In this document: positions 45,014 to 55,030 of the stretch, piece by piece
Layout: the number at the start of each line of letters is the position of its first letter
Numbering within the stretch: the first letter of the stretch is position 1
Virus record (IMG/VR): IMGVR_UViG_3300042866_001263
Length of the DNA stretch: 64,000 nucleotides
DNA from: a virus
Taxonomy: Duplodnaviria; Caudoviricetes
Direction: 5' to 3' (one strand)
The notes under the pieces: model-generated
What the model saw: only the letters and a program-made list of their open reading frames with translations
Databases searched by the model: none
What the model was told of the DNA's origin: nothing
Made by a program: the position numbers and the translations under genes

Positions 45014-46576
45014 ATGGCACAAAGATACGGTCAATTAAAGACCATGAAAACCGCCAAAATTGGCACAATTATGCCATGGGCGGGTGATGGTAACGATGGT
45101 AATCTAGCATCGAATATTCCTCGTGGGTGGGAACTATGTGATGGAGCTGTGTGGCCTGCAAGTAGATATCCACTTTTTACTTCTATAATTGGCAATAGTT
45201 ATGGAGGAACTGAAGTTGCAGGGACATTTCCACATTATACTGGAACCGTCAAAGTTCCAAATCTAGTTGGAAGACTTATGATAGATTTGGAACCATCGAT
45301 GCTATTTGATTCTAGATATTATGCTGGACAACAAGATGCTTACACTCAACTGGTTGACTCTGCTGGACAATCTTTAGTTGTTGAAGATGGATTATCAAAA
45401 TCAATACCAACCTTAATATCCGCTGATACAAATATTGTATTTACTATACCATCTGATATCGTTTTTGTTGGAAAAATAACTGGTGGAACTGGCGAAACTA
45501 ATATTACAATAACACCTCCAACTTTTACCACAACAGTTTATACTATTGGAAGAAAATTGAGTATTGGACATACCCCATCTCACAATCACCCTGGTGATTA
45601 TACTTCAGCAACTGGTGGTGGTCCTGGTCCCGAATTGTTCGAACCATCTACATTCACAGTTGGTGGAAGTCAATCTGGAGCTGCTGGTTGTCCAAGTATT
45701 AGTTGGCTTAGAGCAGAACGTCCAGCAGATCATGCTAGGTGGTGTAGTGGAACTGGTTTCGTAACATATTATGATGATACAACCTTAATTCAAACTAGCG
45801 AATTTAGTGAATTTATAAGTACAGCACAAAATGATTATTCTCAAATTCCACCTTCTACCACAGCGGATTATGTTTATGAGGGATTGAGTCCTTTTACTGA
45901 TACTTTTACAGCTAAAGCAAAAACAACTCATGCTATGAAAGCATGGACTGGATATTTTCCAAGACCTATAGAAATGTTTGGTACTAGAAATTACTTTGGA
46001 TATAATACAGGTACTGGAGGAGCTCCATATATTGGACCAACTGCAATCTCTGATGATCCAGAAAATAGACCAGCCTTCTCTACAAGTGTGCAATTAGTTT
46101 CTCAAGCAACTAAATTTGTTGTGAGTGGTGATATTGGTACTGATGAAACAAAGATTAGACCATTCATGTTAGTAAAAACTTCTGATCTCTCTGGAACATA
46201 TTTGGAACCAGGAACGCAAGTCGTCGGTATTACTAGATTGGGAACATCAAATTATACCTATGAAGTAGAGTTGAGTAAAAATATAGGAGGAAGTGGTAGT
46301 CAAACGAGAGAAGTAACTTTTAGAGATGGAACATATCCAACCACTTTGAGTAATACTCCTTCTACTCAAGATCCTTCTTTAGCAACGTTAAGACCACATG
46401 ATCATGGAACATTTGAATTGAGTATGGGAGATGGATTGAAGGGACCAACAACGCATCCAGTAAATGATGTCAGTAAAGGTGATCTTCTTGCCGAAACCTT
46501 AACTGGTGCTCTAAATATTACAGCAAATATTGCTAATCCATCACAAAATATTGTGTATATTATTAGGGTTTTCTAA
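45014..46576 (+). CDS. tail-collar-domain fibre protein
   Basis: IGTIMPW...PRGWELCDG...PNL.GR; C-terminal P..NIVYIIRVF. Confidence 0.8.
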   Translation: MAQRYGQLKTMKTAKIGTIMPWAGDGNDGNLASNIPRGWELCDGAVWPASRYPLFTSIIGNSYGGTEVAGTFPHYTGTVKVPNLVGRLMIDLEPSMLFDSRYYAGQQDAYTQLVDSAGQSLVVEDGLSKSIPTLISADTNIVFTIPSDIVFVGKITGGTGETNITITPPTFTTTVYTIGRKLSIGHTPSHNHPGDYTSATGGGPGPELFEPSTFTVGGSQSGAAGCPSISWLRAERPADHARWCSGTGFVTYYDDTTLIQTSEFSEFISTAQNDYSQIPPSTTADYVYEGLSPFTDTFTAKAKTTHAMKAWTGYFPRPIEMFGTRNYFGYNTGTGGAPYIGPTAISDDPENRPAFSTSVQLVSQATKFVVSGDIGTDETKIRPFMLVKTSDLSGTYLEPGTQVVGITRLGTSNYTYEVELSKNIGGSGSQTREVTFRDGTYPTTLSNTPSTQDPSLATLRPHDHGTFELSMGDGLKGPTTHPVNDVSKGDLLAETLTGALNITANIANPSQNIVYIIRVF

Positions 46577-48606
46577 TGCCAGTACATTACACACGAGAAA
46601 GAACTAAGTATGGAACGCTAACTGGTAGCATCATTGTTTGGCCAGTTGAAGTAGCGTCTCCAAATAATCCAAATAATATAGATAATGCAAAAGTACTTCC
46701 TGCTGGATATCTAAGATGTGATGGATCAAAGTATAAAGCTGCAGATTATCCATTACTTGCAGAAGTTTGTGGTACTGGACCAACATGTAAGTTTGCAAAA
46801 CTAGATCAAAATGGAGATCCTGTAATTACAATTGGTACTGATGAATTTGTTGTGCCAGATTTAGGATCAAAATTTCCAAGACCAGTTTCTGGTGGTGATG
46901 CTGGAGTTTTTAACAATATAATTGAGCAGACAAAAAACAACACATTCATTAAAAGATCTGGAATGGGTGTTGATATTTCTTCTAATGTTGGATCTGTTGC
47001 TACTGTCACATATAGCGGAAGTTTTATTGTCCCTGCACAAACGATTCCATTAAAAGGTAAACCCAAATGGACTTGGGGAACTAATTCTAGAACGGATCCA
47101 GAAGCGGTTGAAAATGCTCAGATTCATCCTCACATGCACTTTAGTAATACTACTAGAGTTAGATTATTAAACAAGGGTGGAGCTACTGGTGGTGTTGTTC
47201 CTCTACCAGAAAATATTATAAGTGTTAATGATCCATCGCTAAATCCTAGTTACAACGGTACAGCATTTGTTGGATATGGTAGTGGTACTGGAGAATCAGG
47301 AGGATTCGCTAGTCCTGGTTATGGATCTGGTTATGTTGCTTTTGGTGGAGCTGGAGCATTTTCAGAAGTTAGAAGATATTCTGTTGATTTAACTAACACA
47401 AATGGAAATACTCTAATAACAATTACTTCTATTGTTGGTAATGATGCAAATGGTGGAGAAAGACCAAATAACCCAGGTGAAGGCATATATGTTATTTGGC
47501 CAGATGGAACAAAAAGTTCTGGTCCACTTCTACCAGCAAGACAAGAATCTGGATTGGGATTGAGTAGCTATGATTCTCAGTATGCTAACTGGAGAGACCA
47601 GAGTTTAACAATACCAGAGCAGTATAGAACTGGAACTTTTAGAATTACACTAGAACAAATTGTTAGAGCAAGAGGAACTGATGCGAATGGAAATATAACT
47701 TTAAACCCAACTGATCCTGCAGGAGATGAACAAGGAACCGTAACTCAGGCTCTTAATGTACCAAACGCATACGACATGGCTGGTGTTGTTAGAATTGGTT
47801 TATCTGGTGGATTTACAAATGATCCAACATTAAGTGGAAATCTAAATGACACTCCAGCTGGAATTAATTACTTTAAATCTGCCAGTACAATCAATATAAA
47901 TTCTTGGTTGAATGCCACAAAAGCAAGAGATCCAAATAATAATTCTCCTGGTAGTGGACAACCTGCTTGCTGGGCTATGGCATCTGGAAACCTTGCTGGA
48001 TCAGAGGTTCAAGATACAAATCCAGCTGTTGTTGCAACAGAAGTTATTCAACGATACAACTTCTGTAATACTGGTTGTTCTTTTGATGATTTGCGATGCT
48101 ATTGCTTATTGAAAGATGGAGTTACTTATGATCTGACTCAGAATTGGTTTGGTATTGAAGGAACACGATACAACGATTATACTTCTTTTGCTGGTAGTTG
48201 TGGCGCTTTTGGATTTGGTGTATGTGATCGCTGCCCTTGGCCTAATACTGGAACAGCGAAAGAAACTTTTAGATATCCAGCAGCAGAATTTCCAGTTGAC
48301 TGGAAAGGTCTTCCTTTAGATGATGTTTTACCAATTAATTCCTATATTACATCATCTGAAGTTTATCCACAAGCAACTAATGTTTATTCTGAAGTTCAGG
48401 AAGTTGATTTGGATGGAGATCCAACAATACATGATCATAAAATTGAAGTTACTAGAGGAACTCCAGTTTTCTCCATCGTCACTAATGCTACTTTGATTGA
48501 ACCAGACAATCTAAATACTACGTTACAGCTAACTCCATCTACTATAGCATCTATAGATGTAGCTACGTCACCATTTATTGTTGTTGAATATTTAATAAAA
48601 ACTTAG
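46576..48606 (+). CDS. tail-collar-domain fibre protein
   Basis: GSIIVWP...PAGYLRCDG...VVPDLGSKF; C-terminal PFIVVEYLIK. Confidence 0.8.
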   Translation: MPVHYTRERTKYGTLTGSIIVWPVEVASPNNPNNIDNAKVLPAGYLRCDGSKYKAADYPLLAEVCGTGPTCKFAKLDQNGDPVITIGTDEFVVPDLGSKFPRPVSGGDAGVFNNIIEQTKNNTFIKRSGMGVDISSNVGSVATVTYSGSFIVPAQTIPLKGKPKWTWGTNSRTDPEAVENAQIHPHMHFSNTTRVRLLNKGGATGGVVPLPENIISVNDPSLNPSYNGTAFVGYGSGTGESGGFASPGYGSGYVAFGGAGAFSEVRRYSVDLTNTNGNTLITITSIVGNDANGGERPNNPGEGIYVIWPDGTKSSGPLLPARQESGLGLSSYDSQYANWRDQSLTIPEQYRTGTFRITLEQIVRARGTDANGNITLNPTDPAGDEQGTVTQALNVPNAYDMAGVVRIGLSGGFTNDPTLSGNLNDTPAGINYFKSASTININSWLNATKARDPNNNSPGSGQPACWAMASGNLAGSEVQDTNPAVVATEVIQRYNFCNTGCSFDDLRCYCLLKDGVTYDLTQNWFGIEGTRYNDYTSFAGSCGAFGFGVCDRCPWPNTGTAKETFRYPAAEFPVDWKGLPLDDVLPINSYITSSEVYPQATNVYSEVQEVDLDGDPTIHDHKIEVTRGTPVFSIVTNATLIEPDNLNTTLQLTPSTIASIDVATSPFIVVEYLIKT

Positions 48607-48613
48607 TATAACC

Positions 48614-51600
48614 ATGCCAGCACAGAATCCGATCTATAGAAATAAGAGAAAACATTATTATCAGGAAGTCGGTCCTGATATGGTTTCTGTTGGTAGTATT
48701 ATTAATGTTCTTAAAACTAAACCAAACAAAAAATCTTTTGACTCGCAATTTATACCATCTCAGACTCCTTTAAATGGTGCTACTTATTATTCCACTCAAA
48801 CTGGAAATGCACAACCAGAAAATAATCCAGATTATCAGTATTATGGTTATCTTTATTGTGATGGTTCTGAATATAAAATAAGTGATTATCCTCTACTATA
48901 TTCTGTGATTGGAAATGACTACGGTGGAACACCAAGGACAGATGTAACTAGGGATAATGTTTTTGAGTTTTGGCCTGATCCAACGATGGGAACTTTTAGA
49001 GTTCCTGATCTTCTCGCCAAAAAATTAGTTGGATATGGTCCAGTTTATGGTTCTGGTACTCCAACAATTGGAAATATTGAGATGGCAGTACGAGCTACTG
49101 GTGGATCTTGGTATTTTTCTAAGGATACACAAAAAGGTTATTTTGATCTTGGTAACATAAGAACAACTGGATATACTAATGTTATTGGAACAATTCCAGG
49201 TAGTGTCATAGGACAGCAACAAGTTAAAGTCCTTCTTGGAGATTCCGATCTAGATGGTGTACCACAGCATAATCACTACTTACTACACTCAGAAGCACCA
49301 GGGATTCAAGGATTCCCATCTGGAGGAAATGAGGATCCATATCTATCAAGTTATAGAAATAGAAATGGAAGACTTGCTGGATTTTCTCCACCAAATGGTT
49401 TGAAATTAACTCACTCACATGCTTTGAGTAAGAGAAGAATTCCAGGAAATAACGTTTCCAGTTATGACATATACAATTGGCAGGGTGGAGATACTGGTCC
49501 TGGTAGTATTAAGACAAACGGAAATTATTATGGATCTGGTCCTTCTGGAAGATTTATTGATGTGACTGATACAGCTCAACCTTTGTCAAAAACATTTGTT
49601 GAGAGCTCTGTGATTGGTGGAAGAACAGTCACTATTGGTGGAACACCAATTTATGAAACTTTTAATTACATATATGCTAATCCAGGAACACAAACTTTCT
49701 CAATTCCCGCTGGAGTTACTGCGTTGGAAATTGAAGCATATGGTGCAGGCGGATCTGGTGGAGTTTGGACAACAACTGGTGCTAATGGTGGAGATACTGT
49801 TGTAACTTTAGGTAATAGTTCTAATTTGGTTGTTACTGCTGGTGGTGGTAGAGGTGGTGGTGCAGTTCCAGAAAACGTAATTCCTGGTAGTGCTCCTTAT
49901 TTGGAGTCTGGTGGTGCTGGAGGAAACGGTGGAGCACTTACTTATTCTGGAACATATGCTAGCGCAATAACTGTCATTAATAGCAAGCAAACCACAGAAG
50001 CTGTTGGTGGGCAAGGTGCTTCTGGAAAATTCTGGAATGGCATCTATACTGGACCTCCAACAGCACCATTTACACAAACAAATACTCCATGGGAAGGTCA
50101 ACCAGGATCTTCTGGACTTTATGGTTCTGGTAGTCTAGGAAGATTTCTTGCTGTTGCATCTCAATTGGATAGAGAAGTTGCAACTGTAGCATATCCAAAT
50201 ACAGGTTCTTTCCAAATGGCAAGTGCTGATGCAGCAAAATATAAAGTTATAGCTGCATATATTGATATGTATGGTGCCACTGGAGTTAACTGCGATAACT
50301 ACGGTGGATCATATACAACTGGAGTTGGACAATACAGCACAAATGCTGGTGGTTGTGTAACTGGCAGAGGAAATCCTGGAAAGTTTTTTAGATTATCTGT
50401 AAGACCAGATGGTAATAGTGTAATTGGTGGATCTTTTACTGCTTATCCTGGACAAGGTGGTAGAAGTAGTAGGGGAACTGCCACATCAACTTATGATGCA
50501 ACTGGAAGTGGTGGTCCTGGTGGTGCTGGATACTTACAAAATGGTGGCGGCGGTGGTGCATCAACAATTCTCTTTACTGCTACTGGTCAATTAGTTGCAG
50601 GCGCTGGAGGCGGCGGTGGCGGCGGTGGCGCTGGCGAAGGAGCTTGTGGAGACGATGCAACTGGTAATGCTATTAATGATGGTGTTCAAGGAGTAAACGA
50701 ATCACTATTTACTGGTGCTGGTGGAGCTGGAGGAAACTACGGTTGTACTGGAGGTGGCGGCGGTGGCGGCGGTGGCGGCGTTGGAACGTCCGCTCAAACT
50801 GGAAACGCTCAAGGTGGTGGAGATGGTGCTGGATCTGCTGGTGGTCCTGGTGGCGGCGGTGGTGGAGCTGGTGGTCACGGTGGTGGATATGGCGGTGCCA
50901 GAGGATTGAGTAGCTACAGAACAAATTATTTTGATCTTGTCTCTAGTGGTAATTCTATCTACTCTGATGGTAGAGTTGTAGCTACTGTTCGTGAAAATAG
51001 AAGTTTCTGGTCTTCAGCAGCTGGTGGTGGGGGAGCTGGTGCTTATACTAGATTTGAAATTCCATCATCAGTTTTAACAGCATCTGCTGCTTCTTCTGTT
51101 ACCATTACTGTTGGAACTGGTGCTACTGGAGTTACATCAAGTCTTAACAGACTTGTAACTGATGGTGTTTCTACTTGGAATGAAGTAGCAAATGCTACAA
51201 CATCAGATCAAGCATCAAATGGATATGTAAAACTAGTTACGAAAAAATTACTGGGTGAAAGTGGTGGAAATAGTGATTTAACAGTTGGTGATGTTGTTAT
51301 AAAGGCATCTAGTGGAATAGAAATTTATAGTAGTGGAACTGGAATTGGAACAGCTGGTGGATTTAAATTACCTACCACACAAGCACCAGTTGTTCAAATT
51401 CTTGCTCAGGGACAACAAACTGGTTCTGGAGCAACTGCTTCTTGTACAGTTTCTGGATCGGTGATTACTGGCGTTGCTCTTGGAAATGGCGGAAGTGGAT
51501 ATGTTTCTGCCCCTACGGTTAGATTTTTGGGTGGAGCTGGCGCTGGAACCAAAGCAACAACGGTCATAAACTCTAGTGGCGTTGTAACAGGTATTAGTCT

Positions 51601-52312
51601 TGTTGCTGGTAGTTCTACAGCATATACTAGATATGTTAAGTTTGGTGGTCCAGAACTCGAAAGATTTATTATTGTTACTGGTGTAGATACAACCACAGTT
51701 AAAGAGTTTGGAGTTAAGTGTGCCAGAGGAAATAATATTAACGGTGGAGAAAGACCAGATGATAGCGGTGATGAATTGCTTCTGTATTACAATACAGATT
51801 CAACTCTAAATTTCCCAGAGACCACCAATTTTATTGGAATATTAGTTCCCAGACCTTCTGATACAGATATTGCTAATAATTATGATGGAACTGGTTCTGG
51901 AGATACTGCAACTCTGTGGTATACTTATACTTTAAATCTACCAGAAGATGCTAGAGCTCCTGGAACCAGATTTAAGATAGTTCAAAAAAGAATAACACCA
52001 AACGTATCTAATGATAATGGTGGTAATAATGATCATTATGGAATTTGTGAATTCCTTTATTATTATGACTTTGCAACGGAACAAAGATTTATATCAACTC
52101 CAGGTGAAATCTCAAGTGAAAATCGTGAACTAGTTTATATTATTGAGGGATCACAAAATTCTCCATATACTGCTGGTATTGAAGTAAATGATATGACGTT
52201 TACTCTTACTGCTGGTACACCACTAAATCCAACACCAGCATTAGATCCAGTTAGAAGCATACCATTATTGGAACCATATGCCTTGACTAAATACTTGATA
52301 AAGGCATTCTAA
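48614..52312 (+). CDS. tail-collar-domain fibre protein with Gly-rich adhesin-like region
   Basis: GYLYCDG...FRVPDL; poly-Gly tracts; C-terminal PYALTKYLIKAF. Confidence 0.8.
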   Translation: MPAQNPIYRNKRKHYYQEVGPDMVSVGSIINVLKTKPNKKSFDSQFIPSQTPLNGATYYSTQTGNAQPENNPDYQYYGYLYCDGSEYKISDYPLLYSVIGNDYGGTPRTDVTRDNVFEFWPDPTMGTFRVPDLLAKKLVGYGPVYGSGTPTIGNIEMAVRATGGSWYFSKDTQKGYFDLGNIRTTGYTNVIGTIPGSVIGQQQVKVLLGDSDLDGVPQHNHYLLHSEAPGIQGFPSGGNEDPYLSSYRNRNGRLAGFSPPNGLKLTHSHALSKRRIPGNNVSSYDIYNWQGGDTGPGSIKTNGNYYGSGPSGRFIDVTDTAQPLSKTFVESSVIGGRTVTIGGTPIYETFNYIYANPGTQTFSIPAGVTALEIEAYGAGGSGGVWTTTGANGGDTVVTLGNSSNLVVTAGGGRGGGAVPENVIPGSAPYLESGGAGGNGGALTYSGTYASAITVINSKQTTEAVGGQGASGKFWNGIYTGPPTAPFTQTNTPWEGQPGSSGLYGSGSLGRFLAVASQLDREVATVAYPNTGSFQMASADAAKYKVIAAYIDMYGATGVNCDNYGGSYTTGVGQYSTNAGGCVTGRGNPGKFFRLSVRPDGNSVIGGSFTAYPGQGGRSSRGTATSTYDATGSGGPGGAGYLQNGGGGGASTILFTATGQLVAGAGGGGGGGGAGEGACGDDATGNAINDGVQGVNESLFTGAGGAGGNYGCTGGGGGGGGGGVGTSAQTGNAQGGGDGAGSAGGPGGGGGGAGGHGGGYGGARGLSSYRTNYFDLVSSGNSIYSDGRVVATVRENRSFWSSAAGGGGAGAYTRFEIPSSVLTASAASSVTITVGTGATGVTSSLNRLVTDGVSTWNEVANATTSDQASNGYVKLVTKKLLGESGGNSDLTVGDVVIKASSGIEIYSSGTGIGTAGGFKLPTTQAPVVQILAQGQQTGSGATASCTVSGSVITGVALGNGGSGYVSAPTVRFLGGAGAGTKATTVINSSGVVTGISLVAGSSTAYTRYVKFGGPELERFIIVTGVDTTTVKEFGVKCARGNNINGGERPDDSGDELLLYYNTDSTLNFPETTNFIGILVPRPSDTDIANNYDGTGSGDTATLWYTYTLNLPEDARAPGTRFKIVQKRITPNVSNDNGGNNDHYGICEFLYYYDFATEQRFISTPGEISSENRELVYIIEGSQNSPYTAGIEVNDMTFTLTAGTPLNPTPALDPVRSIPLLEPYALTKYLIKAF

Positions 52313-52321
52313 CCTAAAATC

Positions 52322-53197
52322 ATGAGTATCGTAACAGAATCTTATGTTCCTAAACTAATTTTGCAATTGAATTCAATTCAAAAAATTGTAAATTATAAGG
52401 GAATCGAAAGAGAAATAACTCACACTTATTGGACGGAACATATTGGTCCGTTACTATATCCTAATTGGGATACCGATAAGGACAAATTAATCCAGCTAAA
52501 TTACTACGATACTGGAGCCTTTCATGCTAAAAGAAGAAAGTTCGTAAAGAATTTTACTACTAACGAGTATGAATGGAAAGATTATGAAATGGAATCCCCT
52601 GACATAGCAGAAGGGAAAACAATTTTTGAGAAATTGAAAGAAGCTTTCTATCTGATGGATAGCATCGAGAAGGAAAGTTTTCAAAAAGATTTATCAGACG
52701 CATATTATGAAACAAGAAATATTAGTTGGTTTGGAATTCGTCTAGTTAGAAACTTTTTACTTGAAGATTCGGATTGGACTATGTTACCAGACAGTCCAGT
52801 TTCAGAAGAAGATAAACCTCTTTGGATTAAATATAGACAGGCGTTACGAAATATTCCACAGATCGAAGAATTTAATGAACCTATTGACGTTCGTTTCCCC
52901 ATGTCCCCATTTGATTGGATGATATTTTATAAAGATAATTCTCCTGATAAATCAGAATATCTTGAGTCTACAGATCATTACATTAAATTATCTGGTTATT
53001 ACATTAATAACTTCAGGGAAAGAATTGTTAAATATCTAATGCTCAGACAATCTGTTGCCAATCCATTAAACTATAAGGCATACAGAGAATATCTGACAGC
53101 TCCTAACAAAAATAGTCCATGGTCAGAAGATCAGTCAGAAGAAGCAGTTGATAATTTATTGATGCAAATAGCAGAAATGGAGGAAAATAACTCATGA
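52322..53197 (+). CDS. tail fibre assembly chaperone-like protein
   Basis: RNFLLEDSDWTMLPDSP...W..YRQALRNIPQ. Confidence 0.75.
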   Translation: MSIVTESYVPKLILQLNSIQKIVNYKGIEREITHTYWTEHIGPLLYPNWDTDKDKLIQLNYYDTGAFHAKRRKFVKNFTTNEYEWKDYEMESPDIAEGKTIFEKLKEAFYLMDSIEKESFQKDLSDAYYETRNISWFGIRLVRNFLLEDSDWTMLPDSPVSEEDKPLWIKYRQALRNIPQIEEFNEPIDVRFPMSPFDWMIFYKDNSPDKSEYLESTDHYIKLSGYYINNFRERIVKYLMLRQSVANPLNYKAYREYLTAPNKNSPWSEDQSEEAVDNLLMQIAEMEENNS

Positions 53198-53538
53198 TTG
53201 AAGTTTTCAATTCTTTAGATATACTGGATATTCTTTACGATAGTTCCGAAAAAAATAATTGTGTCTATGTATACTTTACAAACACAAAACTAGATCTATG
53301 TGAAGATAGCGAATTGAAAAAAAGAGTTTATGAATATTACGAAGAATTTTTACCAGAAGATCTAACCTTGATCATCAAAACTGGTAAAGATAATATCATT
53401 AAATTTTCTACGTCAGATTCTGCTATAATTAATGCTAAATCTTGGTTCCCAACAAGAGAACAGTTGGGAGATCTTTCGGATGAATATTATTTCCACTGTC
53501 GTGTTGTAGATGCGGATAGCGTAATTTATGAAAATTAA
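53194..53538 (+). CDS. hypothetical protein
   Basis: Coupled ORF. Confidence 0.65.
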   Translation: MIEVFNSLDILDILYDSSEKNNCVYVYFTNTKLDLCEDSELKKRVYEYYEEFLPEDLTLIIKTGKDNIIKFSTSDSAIINAKSWFPTREQLGDLSDEYYFHCRVVDADSVIYEN

Positions 53539-53782
53539 AATTTATACATCCCCTGGATGTTCTTATTGTGCTCATTTAAAAACTTTGCTTAAAAGAGCAA
53601 ACCTTGAGTGGGATGAATGTGTCGTAGGACAAGATATTCCTGTCGATCAATTTATGGCAGAATATCCACAGGTAAAAGGAGCTCCCTTTACTGTAATTGA
53701 TGGCAGACAATATCAAACTGTTGCCGATGTTGCAGTAATGTTATTAAAAGAAGGATTAGTAATAGCACCCAAAAAAGATTAA
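53528..53782 (+). CDS. glutaredoxin-like protein (second paralog)
   Basis: YTSPGCSYC, APFTVIDG. Confidence 0.85.
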   Translation: MKIKIYTSPGCSYCAHLKTLLKRANLEWDECVVGQDIPVDQFMAEYPQVKGAPFTVIDGRQYQTVADVAVMLLKEGLVIAPKKD

Positions 53783-53798
53783 ATTATAATTTATTATT

Positions 53799-54116
53799 AT
53801 GGAAACAAAAATTATTAAGTTGATTACTGGAGAAGAAGTAATCTGTAAAGTTAGTCATTCGTATGACACAGATAATAATATCATAGGATTTAAGTTTCAT
53901 TTTCCCTATAAGATTATTGTTATTCCAAATGCAGATGAAAATGGACAAACAAAATTTGATGTGAATTATCTTGCATGGATGGGAGCATCAGCAGATACTG
54001 AATTTGATGTATCTTTCTCTTCTGTAGTATCAATTGGATCACCGTTACCAGAAGTTGAAGATCTTTACATGGAAAGATACTCAGAGTATTTGAATGATTT
54101 GAAAGAAAAAGAATGA
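53799..54116 (+). CDS. hypothetical protein (Sm-like KLITGEEVI start)
   Basis: 105-aa ORF. Confidence 0.65.
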   Translation: METKIIKLITGEEVICKVSHSYDTDNNIIGFKFHFPYKIIVIPNADENGQTKFDVNYLAWMGASADTEFDVSFSSVVSIGSPLPEVEDLYMERYSEYLNDLKEKE

Positions 54117-54691
54117 ATTCTACAAATCCATTAACTATATGGGCAAAAGCATCGTTGCCAGCTGGAACAATTGATAAAATTAGTGCATACATCGATACAC
54201 TAGAATCCAATTGGGAAGAAGGAAAGGTTAAAAATCACGAAGAGAATATAGAATCATTTAAGAATGATGTGAGAGACTGCAGAGTATCTGTGTTGAATGA
54301 TGATTATGTCAATAATTTTATTTTTTCAGAATTAATCAAGGCAAATAAATCTCTCTGGAGATTTTCTATTCATAGCATGGTTCCAATTCAGTATATTGTT
54401 TATGAAACTAATCAACACTATACCTGGCATACAGATTGGATGCAATTTGAAAATGGCAGCATCAGAAAATTATCGATGACTTTGATGTTAAATCAAGTTG
54501 GAACTGATTATGAAGGTGGATCCTTTGAATTTCAATCTTTACATGGAGATAAACCAGTAACTGAAACTATGGAATTGAATAAAGGAGATATGCTTGTCTT
54601 TCCATCATTAATTAGCCATAGAGTTTTGCCAGTTACTTCTGGTATTCGTAAAGTTTTAGTTGGATGGGCGTGTGGTCCGATGTGGACTTGA
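54113..54691 (+). CDS. 2OG-Fe(II) oxygenase (PKHD-type)
   Basis: WHTD, RKLSMTLML, YEGGSF, FPS...HRVLPV..G.RK.LVGW. Confidence 0.92.
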   Translation: MNSTNPLTIWAKASLPAGTIDKISAYIDTLESNWEEGKVKNHEENIESFKNDVRDCRVSVLNDDYVNNFIFSELIKANKSLWRFSIHSMVPIQYIVYETNQHYTWHTDWMQFENGSIRKLSMTLMLNQVGTDYEGGSFEFQSLHGDKPVTETMELNKGDMLVFPSLISHRVLPVTSGIRKVLVGWACGPMWT

Positions 54692-54739
54692 CAACTGTTT
54701 GTAGATAACCTAAACTGCTAGAAACAATCCAGTTTTATA

Positions 54740-54988
54740 ATGCAAGTCCCCACACAACCTGAGTTGATCCACCTGCAACTCCAAGCGATGTTGCGTGATC
54801 ACAATATTCCAGATACAGAAGTAAAGTATCTTGGTGATCGTGAATATACAACTGAATATCAAGCTCATCCAGAGTATCATGGTCAAATCATGCCATGGTA
54901 TTTGATTGCTAACGAACATGAGGTGCCTGTGTGTGACATCGCATCTGTCGATCGAGTGGACGATGAGGAAACTGTCACAGGGGGTTGA
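54740..54988 (+). CDS. hypothetical protein
   Basis: 82-aa ORF. Confidence 0.65.
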   Translation: MQVPTQPELIHLQLQAMLRDHNIPDTEVKYLGDREYTTEYQAHPEYHGQIMPWYLIANEHEVPVCDIASVDRVDDEETVTGG

Positions 54989-55030
54989 CAGACCCAAAAA
55001 TCTCTGTTATATTACTCTCATGCCTCAACG

